64,000 bases of DNA, from positions 1,980,048 through 2,044,047 of the forward strand of contig CP064983.1 in assembly GCA_016699635.1 (NCBI GenBank), in the 5' to 3' direction. The stretch is from Bacteroidota bacterium (GTDB taxonomy: Bacteria; Bacteroidota; Bacteroidia; AKYH767-A; OLB10). Both the position numbers and the translations under genes were made by a program. How positions within the stretch are numbered: position 1 is the first letter of the stretch; every line of letters starts with the position of its first letter. The notes below the pieces were generated by a model. It had not been told where the DNA came from, did no database searches, and worked only from the letters and a program-made list of their open reading frames with translations. This document shows positions 55,274 to 64,000 of the stretch, in pieces.

Positions 55274-55809
55274 ATTATTTATTATTTGTACAGTGAATTG
55301 CAAATTGCTTTCCCGAATGTGGTTTAATTGTTTGAAAAGCGCAGCTAAATCACATATGTAAGATTTTATCATCCTGAGTTAAAGATTTAAGCACGTTTTT
55401 GTGAATTCTCCTCTGAGAAAAATATATCTGAATCGGAAAGACTTGTGCTTTTTATGTGAAAGAAAAACGATTTCAGCAGCCATTATAAATACAATTAGAC
55501 CATGTATAGCATATTAAAAACAAGTCCTTCCGATATTGAAGATTCTTATTCTGTTGATAAGCCTAAAAAACACATGAATCTGCCAACGTTTTGAGAAGTT
55601 TTTGAACAATATGCTTGTTTAATGATAAAAAGTATTACTTTTAGGAAAAATTTAGTCTGCTTTAGAATGAAAAATTATAGTTACAGTATTTATTTTTCAT
55701 CATTATTCTTTTCAGGCAAGATATTTTTCTTTCTTGTGGCTTCTCATTCCAAAGAAGTGTGTTGTATAGATAAACCGCCATTATATCGTTCACTCTAAAT
55801 CTTAATAAC

Positions 55810-56187
55810 ATGCACACCATTGAACAACTTGAGGAAATGCTTGCCGAACACAAAGAGTGGCAAGGTAAAATTAACTTCTATCGTGCAGAGATAGACAGGA
55901 TGAAAACCGATCTTGCCTCAGCAGTGATGGCCGATAGAAATCAGTACAACATGCCACATGTTGAGCATTACCAGAATCAATTTATTCTGCAGCGCGACAT
56001 ATTAGATATTATGCGTCATGATTTTAAACAGCATGAAAATAAAATTGAAGCACATTCTTCAAATCCGGTGACAAATCTTGCAGCTGCACATCAGAGTGAG
56101 CGCGAAAAGCTTGGTTCTTTCGAAAGATATTTTAAAGAGTTGCGCAACGAGTTTCAAGCTTTTATTCATAAAGAAGCTTTTAGCTGA
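55810..56187 (+). CDS. Hypothetical helical/coiled-coil protein
   Basis: 125-aa ORF, EHKEW…FY..EI, VEHYQNQFILQ. Confidence 0.75.
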   Translation: MHTIEQLEEMLAEHKEWQGKINFYRAEIDRMKTDLASAVMADRNQYNMPHVEHYQNQFILQRDILDIMRHDFKQHENKIEAHSSNPVTNLAAAHQSEREKLGSFERYFKELRNEFQAFIHKEAFS

Positions 56188-56331
56188 GAGGCAACGAAGT
56201 ATAGATTTGTGTAGTCAAGTAATTATTCCTGCTGATTTTGTTTAAAAGAATCAGGAAATAGTGAAAGTGTTATATTTATTGAATGGAGTTGTTCATCAAT
56301 AAAAGCTATGTTACATTTTACTTAGATTAAA

Positions 56332-58143
56332 ATGATAGTCATGAAAAAATCAATTATCTGTTTAGTGTTATTGTTTCATTTAACGGTTTTACTATTTGTA
56401 GCCTGTCGCAAAAATGATTCGGATGATGTTATTCCTAATGTTCAACAAACGTCAGAACAAATTCGCACCACTATTAGTGGATATGTACTAAATGAAATGG
56501 GGCAAGCACTTAGTGGGGTAACTGTTTCTACAAATGGTTATATAGCAACTACAAATGATAAAGGAATTTTTTTACTAAGTAAAGTTATTGTTGACAAAAA
56601 CCGTTGTGTTATTAGTTTTTCTAAATCAGGTTTTACTAAACGAAACTATGTTTTTCGTCCAACAGATTCAAGCGGACAGTACGTTAAATTGATGTTGTTA
56701 AATAACGTGCCTAACAAAACAGTTTCAGGAGTTAATGGAGGAACTGTTTCACTACCTAATGGTGCAACAATAGAATTTCAACCAAATTCTTTTACCACTG
56801 CTAATGGAACTGCTTATACAGGAACAGTTAATATATATCTGAAACATCTTTCACCTGATGATACGGACTTTAGTATGATGATGCCTGGTGGAGATATGCT
56901 TGCAAAAGATACAACTGGTAAGATTGTAAGTTTGTATTCATTTGGTATGATGATGGCAGAACTTACATCAACCAATAATTTGCCTTTACAACTTGCTGCA
57001 GGTAAACCGGCAACAATCTCAATGCCTATTGCTCCTTCACAAATATTAAAGGCCCCTGCTACTATTCCATTATGGTATTTTGATGAAACAACATCCTTGT
57101 GGATTGAAGAAGGAGGTGCAGCAAAGGTAGGGAGTGCCTATACCGGGCAAGTTAAACATTTCAGTTTTTGGAACTGCGATTTTCCAGGTGAAAGAGCTAC
57201 TATTAAAGGAAGGATAATTGATTGTAACGGTAATCCCATGCCAAATGTTGTGGTAACATTAGATAATTGGTTTGATATGTTAACAGATAATAATGGTGTC
57301 TATCAAAGTTGGGTACCTGCAAATATAAGTTACGTGTTGCAAGTTTTATTAAGTCATAACTCAGGAGTCTTTTCAAGTGCACCTGTCAACATCACACCAA
57401 TTGCTCCTGGCCAGACTTATACAGTACCTGATATTTCATTGCCTTGTCCTTCTTCAATTACAGGAACATTGCAGAATTGCGCAGGAGTAAATGTTGCGGG
57501 ATATGTTGCCGTATTAAATTTAAATGCTAATTTATTAAATTTAATTTATACAGGCAGTGGACAATTTTCAATTAATGTGCCATCACAAATACCAATAGTT
57601 ATATATGTCTCTTCACTGAACAACTTTGAACATTACGATACATTAAATGCAATCAGTAATATGGGGACAATAATAAATTTAGGTTCAATTCAACTTTGTA
57701 CTTATGCTAATGACACTACAAATTTAATTACAATAAATGGTGCAGGATTTAATAATCAGACTTTTATTTTTACTAATGCTTTATTTATGACTTCTGATTT
57801 ACCTTCAGATACCTCAATATATTCTCATGAACTTGAGTTGGGGGGAATTCTCCAACCTTATGGCAGTTGTTATTATTATGGTATCAGTTTAAAAGACACT
57901 CTTGCAGGTACACAACCTATAATCAATTCAACTCAAGTTGATTTTCAATTACAAACTCCTCAAGTTGATTATGCAATAAATTTATTACCTGGCGGAATAA
58001 TAGAATTACATTCGAACGCATTAATTCCAGGTGATTACTTCGAAGGAACCTATTCCGGTCAAGCCGATATAATAAATTTGAATACAGTCACAAGTACACA
58101 GGGAACGGTTATAGGAAAGTTTAGAGTACGAAAACAATTTTGA
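56332..58143 (+). CDS. Lipoprotein with carboxypeptidase-regulatory-like beta-sandwiches and an HFS-motif domain
   Basis: Lipobox LFVA-C; ISGYV.NE.GQALSGVTV; SFGMM.AEL; IPLWYFDE…W.EEG; KHFSFWNCD; noticeably AT-rich. Confidence 0.75.
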   Translation: MIVMKKSIICLVLLFHLTVLLFVACRKNDSDDVIPNVQQTSEQIRTTISGYVLNEMGQALSGVTVSTNGYIATTNDKGIFLLSKVIVDKNRCVISFSKSGFTKRNYVFRPTDSSGQYVKLMLLNNVPNKTVSGVNGGTVSLPNGATIEFQPNSFTTANGTAYTGTVNIYLKHLSPDDTDFSMMMPGGDMLAKDTTGKIVSLYSFGMMMAELTSTNNLPLQLAAGKPATISMPIAPSQILKAPATIPLWYFDETTSLWIEEGGAAKVGSAYTGQVKHFSFWNCDFPGERATIKGRIIDCNGNPMPNVVVTLDNWFDMLTDNNGVYQSWVPANISYVLQVLLSHNSGVFSSAPVNITPIAPGQTYTVPDISLPCPSSITGTLQNCAGVNVAGYVAVLNLNANLLNLIYTGSGQFSINVPSQIPIVIYVSSLNNFEHYDTLNAISNMGTIINLGSIQLCTYANDTTNLITINGAGFNNQTFIFTNALFMTSDLPSDTSIYSHELELGGILQPYGSCYYYGISLKDTLAGTQPIINSTQVDFQLQTPQVDYAINLLPGGIIELHSNALIPGDYFEGTYSGQADIINLNTVTSTQGTVIGKFRVRKQF

Positions 58144-58383
58144 TTCGTATAAGAAATAAAAATTCGAGATAAATTGTTATAATGAAAGAAATAAAACAAT
58201 GTAGCCGTTACACTTTTTTGAGTAACGGCTACTATTTATATATTTATATTCTAAAACTTTTTACTTTTTTTTCTAAAAAGCTTTGCCTGATTCGTTGTTA
58301 TTTTTTATCAGTAAAAACAAATTTACTACATAGCATAACAGATTTTCAATTGTTCCAGAAGTCTTAATTTCCAAAACAAATTT

Positions 58384-58566
58384 TTACACAAACACCAAAT
58401 AGACTAAGTAGGCCATAAAGCCAAGAATCAGCAATTCTTCAGCAAAAAACAGCAGCATTGTATTTTTTCGTCCAAAAAAAGATTTCTTAAAGTAATGCGA
58501 GCGGAATGAGTTTTCTTCCTTGGTGTGATCATAGGTGATAATTGGATCGTTGTTCATCATAGTCAT
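58384..58566 (-). CDS. Small protein with C-terminal TM helix
   Basis: 60-aa ORF ending LLILGFMAYLVYLVFV. Confidence 0.45.
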   Translation of the reverse strand: MTMMNNDPIITYDHTKEENSFRSHYFKKSFFGRKNTMLLFFAEELLILGFMAYLVYLVFV

Positions 58567-58781
58567 AAGAATTTGCAGGCAATTTATATCTGCACTTTGC
58601 CGGAATGGGATAAAAAATGAATTTCTGTTTAAGATGTAAGAAATTCAGAAAAGTAATTGGTTTTTTTGATACCCTTTTTTTGTGACAAACAGATTTTTCA
58701 GAGAGAAAGATTTTTTAAAGAAAAAAAATTCAATCTTTAGAACGCATGAAAGAATAAACGATACAAGCTATGTTTTGCAGT

Positions 58782-59408
58782 TCAGATTTTGAAATCTTCA
58801 ACGGAAAGCCACTTATTGCACAAAAACAATTCGTCATCAATGTGGTTTGAACAGATAAAAATCAATCTGCCATCTGAATGTGTTCTTAAAAATTGCTGAT
58901 ACCATGCAATGTTTTGTTTGTCGAGGTTGGTGCAAGGTTCATCTAAAAGTAAAAGTGGCGTGTCTGATGCAATGGCAAGCAGTAACTTGGTTCGCTGTTT
59001 CATGCCAGAAGAAAATTCACTCAACAATTTATTTCTATGTGCTTCCAGGCCGGATTCAGTAATGATAGAAGAAATATTAAATGCTGGCCGTAGGTTTTTA
59101 AAACGGAAATAATAGCGGATCATTTCCTCTAAAGTAAAATCTTCAATAAGCATTAAGTAGGGTGAGGCTATTGAAAAATAACGATAGACAGAGTCGGCCT
59201 CTATTTTTTTATCATGTTCATGCCACTCAATTTTTCCTTCATTAGGTGATACATAGCCCGAAATAACCTGAAGTAAAGTTGATTTGCCAGAGCCGTTTTT
59301 GCCTGTTATGCCAATAACATCACCAGAAGAAAAAGCAGCAGTACATTTTCTGAAAATCCAGTGTTGTTTGAATTTTTTTCCGGCTTCAGTTAAGTTAACA
59401 GTAAACAC
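58782..59408 (-). CDS. ABC transporter ATP-binding protein (CcmA-like)
   Basis: GKNGSGKST, FSSGMKQR, LLLLDEP. Confidence 0.88.
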   Translation of the reverse strand: MFTVNLTEAGKKFKQHWIFRKCTAAFSSGDVIGITGKNGSGKSTLLQVISGYVSPNEGKIEWHEHDKKIEADSVYRYFSIASPYLMLIEDFTLEEMIRYYFRFKNLRPAFNISSIITESGLEAHRNKLLSEFSSGMKQRTKLLLAIASDTPLLLLDEPCTNLDKQNIAWYQQFLRTHSDGRLIFICSNHIDDELFLCNKWLSVEDFKI

Positions 59409-59430
59409 GATGTGATTTTTTGTTGTTCAA

Positions 59431-60228
59431 TTATTCATCATCGCTGTCTGATGGAGTAAATCCACGCATCAAACCTTTAGGCGAATTATGAATAAATTCA
59501 ACAATCTGGCTTCGCAATGCACTTTCAGGAATTTCTTTTTCAATTTCGGCAAGTGCTTTTTTAACGTTACTGTTCTGAACAAACAATATGCGATAGATAT
59601 CCTGAATGTGATTTACATCTTCATTAGAAAAACCTCTGCGTCTGAGTCCGATATTGTTTATGCCAATATATGAAAGTGGTTCGCGTGCCGCCTTAGTAAA
59701 TGGCGGAACATTTTTCCGCACTAACGATCCTCCTGCAATAAAACTATGTGCACCAATATGTACAAACTGTTGCACTGCAACCAAGCCTTCTAATATTGCC
59801 CAGTCATCAATTAATACATGTCCTGCAAGCGTAACGTTGTTTGCCATGATAATATGATTTCCCAACTGACAATCGTGTGCAATGTGTGCATAAGCCATCA
59901 CTAAGCAGTTACTGCCCAATGTGGTTTTCATTTTGTCTGTTGTTCCTTTATTCATGGTAACAAACTCACGAATGGTAGTGTTGTCACCAATTTCTGCTGT
60001 TGTCTGTTCGCCTTTATATTTTAAATCCTGAGGAATGGCAGAAATTACTGCACCAGGAAAAATGCGACAGTTGCTGCCGATTCTTGCACCATCATAAATC
60101 GTTACGTTTGAAGCTATCCATGTGTTGTCACCGATAACAACATCATCGTAAACCATGGTAAAAGGTTCAATGGTTACATTGTTACCGATTTTTGCTTTAG
60201 GGCTTACTACTGCAAGAGGTGAAATCAT
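59431..60228 (-). CDS. lpxA: UDP-N-acetylglucosamine acyltransferase
   Basis: Hexapeptide repeats, PQDLKY, IREFVT, HIAHDC, LAGHV, GLRRRG; ATG overlaps the lpxC-fabZ stop. Confidence 0.96.
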   Translation of the reverse strand: MISPLAVVSPKAKIGNNVTIEPFTMVYDDVVIGDNTWIASNVTIYDGARIGSNCRIFPGAVISAIPQDLKYKGEQTTAEIGDNTTIREFVTMNKGTTDKMKTTLGSNCLVMAYAHIAHDCQLGNHIIMANNVTLAGHVLIDDWAILEGLVAVQQFVHIGAHSFIAGGSLVRKNVPPFTKAAREPLSYIGINNIGLRRRGFSNEDVNHIQDIYRILFVQNSNVKKALAEIEKEIPESALRSQIVEFIHNSPKGLMRGFTPSDSDDE

Positions 60229-61620
60229 GATTTTTTTACAATTTGAGCCATCATTTCTGCTTCCATAACAACTTTGTCGCCTACAAATGCCTGTCCGCCC
60301 ATGTGGCAAAGGCCACGTCTGATAGGTGAAATTAAATCAAGCTTAAAGACAACAGTATCGCCCGGCTTAACCATATTCTTAAAACGTGCTGATTCTATTT
60401 TTAAAAAGTATGTCCAGTAATTTCCAGGATCAGGAACAGTATTGAGTACAAGAATACCACCTGTTTGTGCCATAGCTTCAATTAGCAACACACCGGGCAT
60501 TACAGGATTACCCGGAAAGTGGCCCTGGAAAAACCATTCGTTGGCAGTTACATTTTTTACACCTACAACACCTGTTTCAGTCAGTTCAGTGATTTTGTCA
60601 ATCATCAAAAACGGAAAACGATGTGGCAGGAAAGATTCAATTCTGCTAATGTCGAATAGTGCAGGTTTATTTGCATCAATGATGGGTGCCTTTAAACGGT
60701 TTTTATCTTTTCTGATAATTTCTTTAAACTGTTTTGCGAAAGCAACGTTGGCAGCATGCCCCGGACGCGCAGCAAGAATATGTCCTTTCAGATGCACACC
60801 AAGTAATGCAAAGTCACCAACAATATCTAACAGTTTATGCCGTGCAGGCTCATTCTGAAAATGCAGTTCAATATTATTTAGAATGCCTTTATGTTTTATC
60901 TCAACTTTTGGTTTCTTGAATAAGGTTGCCAACTCGTCTAACTTATCCTGTTTTATTTCGCGGTCAACAATTACAATTGCATTATTCAGGTCGCCACCTT
61001 TTATTAAATCATGTTTAAGCAGCATTTCAAGTTCATGCAGGAATACAAATGTTCTGCATTTTGGAAATCTCATCTTTAAACTCAGTAATTTTATGCATTT
61101 GTGCATGTTGTGTTCCCAACACAGGTGAGTTGTAGTCAACCATTACCGTAATACGATAGTCGGGGCTTGGCACAGCAAGCATTTCAACATTGCGGGCAGG
61201 CTCTTCATAGGTGAGGTTTTCTGTAATAACAAAATAACTACGTGTTGCTTCTTGCTCACGCAAGCCGGCCTTTTGAATGGCATTTACAAATGGAAACGCA
61301 CTGCCGTCAAGAATAGGTACTTCAGGGCCATCAATTTCAATAAGCACATTATCTACTTCCATGCCTACCAATGCAGCTAAAACATGTTCTGTTGTACTCA
61401 CCTTTACACCGTTTGCACTTAAAGTTGTTCCGCGTGACGTATCCACAACATTGTCCACATCGGCATCAATAATTGGTTGGCCGTTTACATCAGTTCTTTT
61501 AAACTTGTATCCATGATTTTCAGGTGCAGGCTTCAATGTAAGTCTGGCATTTACACCGGTGTGCAACCCCGGACCTTCTACAGTTATTTCTTCTTTTAAA
61601 GTAACTTGTTTTACACTCAT
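60225..61620 (-). CDS. lpxC/fabZ: Bifunctional LpxC/FabZ (frameshift in A-run ~61060)
   Basis: [71 protein letters not shown]. Confidence 0.95.
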
Positions 61621-62594
61621 GATTTATTTTCAGCAGGGTTTAGACTACCTGTCTTTTTTTCTAACTCGTTAATTTTTCTTTCTAATTGTGGTAACTTTTT
61701 AAACACAACGTAGGTGCGTTTGTAGTCGCTTATGTTAAATGCAGGAGAACCTTGAACAATTTCGTTAGGTGTTGTGATGCTGGTTCCGATGCCGGATTGT
61801 GCAGCAATTTTTACGCCATCAGCAATAGATAAGTGTCCTATGATACCTACCTGTCCGCCAATCATACAGTTCTTTCCTATTTTGGTTGAACCTGCCACTC
61901 CTGTTTGTGCAGCAATAACTGTGTTTTCGCCAATTTCTACATTATGTGCAATTTGTATCAGGTTGTCTAACTTAACACCTTTGTGTATGACAGTTGAGCC
62001 TAATGTAGCACGATCAATAGTTGTTCCTGCACCAATTTCTACATGGTCGTGAATAACGACATTACCTATCTGTGGAACTTTTTTATAGTTGTTGTTTTCG
62101 TTAGGAGCAAATCCAAAACCATCTGCACCAATAATTACACCTGCATGGATATTGCAATGCATGCCTATCTGACAAAAAGAATAAACTCTAACACCGGGAA
62201 ATAAAGTTGTGTTGTCACCGATAATTACATGATCACCAATATAGCACGGATAAATTTTTACGTTTTACCAATAACTGCATTCTTGCCAATATATGCATTT
62301 TTTATCGTTAACAATCTGATTGTATATTTCAAGCAGCGAGGCGAAGCTTTTATAGGCATCTTCAACTCTGATGAGTGTTGCACTAATTGCATTTTCAGCC
62401 ACAAAATCTTTATTTACTATGACAACAGATGCCTTGGTGTCGTAAATGTATGGTGTGTATTTTGGGTTTGATAAAAAGGATAAAGTTCCGGGCTTGCCTT
62501 CTTCGATTTTAGACAAAGCATTTACTTCGGCATCGTGATTTCCCTCTACAGTGCCTTTGAGGAGGTCTGCTATTTGTTTGGCGGTAAACTTCAT
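61617..62594 (-). CDS. lpxD: UDP-3-O-acyl-glucosamine N-acyltransferase (frameshifts and apparent deletion at ~62260-62303)
   Basis: [46 protein letters not shown]; TACATTTG promoter at 62633-62640. Confidence 0.93.
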
Positions 62595-62773
62595 TTGTTA
62601 CTCAATAAATTCCGGACTTGGTGCAATGTGTGCAAATGTACAAATGAGACTGTGATATACAAACTCAACCAATAAATACTATTCAACTAAAAAATAATGC
62701 TAAAACAGTGGTTGGCAAGGGTATAACCAAGCCATGGATTTGTTAATGCTGAAAACTGCTATGGACAAATGCC

Positions 62774-63945
62774 TTATTGCCTATTGGCGCTCAGGCTTTG
62801 TAAAACAGCAGTCAGTCCGGCAAACATCCAGGCATTACTCCAACGCATAAAAGATGTCTTTTCTGTATAATTTTTATATTTTCTGAAATAAAAATAACCT
62901 TTTTGATGCTGCATTTTTTCCAGCATGTATTCAGCAACTTTAAATGCAAGGGTCTGTTCGTTAAATCGTGTTAATGTCAGAAGTGATTGTGCTGACGCTG
63001 TACAGTCAACCGGAAAACATTGTTGTTGTAGAATTTCGGGATACGACCTTCAAGAAAAAAGTGGTTGATGTAAAATTTTTTTCCTGCTTTTAGGTTTTCA
63101 TCATAAGTCTTGTCGTCACAGTGTAAAACATATTCATGCAAACAATCTAAAACATAACCGGTGTGATAGTTGTCAATCCATGTTCCTGCATCGCTGGTTG
63201 AGTAAATCCATGCACCATCTGCACGTTGATGTTTCATGACAAAGGCAACAGAATCTGCTGCTGCTTTTTTTAGGGATTCATCTTTTGTTACTGAATAAAC
63301 CTGAGCCAACAAACGAGAGCCTTTCATGCTTGCATTAAAACCTACCTGTTTATCGAATGGTGAATAAGAAAAACAAAAATGACCATTGGCATCGACAGTA
63401 CGATTTAAATCTTTCATCACAAAGTCTGCTGCACTTTTGCAAAGTAGAAATGCTTTTTGATTTCCTGTTTGTTGCCAGGCTATAAAAAGTGCATTGGTAA
63501 TTATTCCGGTCGCAACAACTGTTGGCTGATAGGCAGGTATGTTGGCATAACGTGCTTCCCAGTCAAAATCATATCCCCAACATGCACCATGAAATCCTTT
63601 TGGAATAAGTTTTTCAAGCTCATCAATAAGTTTAGCAATATTTTGGTTGAGTATATTTTTTTCTTGCTGATTAACATTAATCAGTTGTGCGTAAGCCTGA
63701 ATGCAAAGGCCAAGAGTAACAGGATTCAGCCCTTTCGGAACAAAAAGTAGTGGTCGTAAATTGAGTGGCGATCTTTTAACAAGTTGTTGTGCGCCAAAGC
63801 GAATTAACTTATTTTTATTCAGCAAGGGTAATTTAAAAAATGGAGATTTTAATGCATCGTAAGGGTCGTATCCCTTGTAGTGATGTGACTCGATATATTT
63901 TCGTAATCGTGATGTTGCCGCCTCAAGGGTTTTGGATGCATCCAT
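62774..63945 (-). CDS. Six-hairpin (alpha/alpha)6-like protein of polysaccharide loci (frameshift ~63005)
   Basis: GYDPYDAL, NLRPLL, WGYDFDW, FSYSP, WIDNYHTGYVL; shifted frame continues …GYFYFRK…FMRWSNAWMF to TAA at 62774. Confidence 0.6.
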
Positions 63946-63957
63946 TGAATTAAAGAA

Positions 63958-64000
63958 TTATTCTTTCTCCATTGGAGGCAATGCTTTGTAATGCTCGGAA
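63958..64000 (-). CDS. 3' end of an upstream gene (window-truncated)
   Basis: Open frame …SEHYKALPPMEKE-TAA just before the next ATG. Confidence 0.35.
   Translation of the reverse strand, partial: SEHYKALPPMEKE

Noticed and set aside
55432-55534. 6S RNA or other named ncRNA call
   Set aside because: Stem and spacing alone are insufficient without a covariance search; kept only as an unexplained inverted repeat.
19464-63945. Pseudogenes or phase variation by slipped-strand mispairing in housekeeping genes
   Set aside because: Too many breaks, short runs (4-7 nt), and essential genes affected; sequencing error is more parsimonious.
1-64000. tRNA/rRNA genes, prophage, defence systems
   Set aside because: No cloverleaf or rRNA signature seen in the intergenic gaps, and no phage or defence protein motifs recognised.

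Overview
64-kb chromosomal segment of a Bacteroidota bacterium (TAnnTTTG promoters, T9SS cargo proteins, fused lpxC-fabZ). Housekeeping genes: rlmL-like methylase, yigZ, ribD, prmC, uvrA, tal/fsa, adk, hpt, purK, purC, Glu/Leu/Phe/Val dehydrogenase, anmK, P5C dehydrogenase, lpxD/lpxC-fabZ/lpxA. Accessory content: (i) a REP-associated tyrosine transposase (RAYT) flanked by inverted GTAC-hairpin REPs, with a 5-unit tandem double-hairpin array on its 5' side that has been invaded by a complete 1481-bp IS3-family element (3-bp TSD); (ii) two tandem giant T9SS cargo genes with different N-terminal cargo but a shared C-terminal cassette ending in a 79-aa CTD identical in protein but differing at 14 synonymous codons; (iii) a ~1740-aa LamG / glycoside-hydrolase-like / 8x Ig / FN3 T9SS protein split by one in-frame TGA; (iv) a nearly cargo-less type-B CTD protein; (v) a lipoprotein with an HFS motif. 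Caveat: well over a dozen genes, including normally essential lpxD and lpxC-fabZ, carry frameshifts, mostly in homopolymer runs. These are most likely long-read consensus errors, so split ORFs are joined here and not called pseudogenes. I saw no rRNA, tRNA or CRISPR array. All family assignments come from motif recognition, not database searches.
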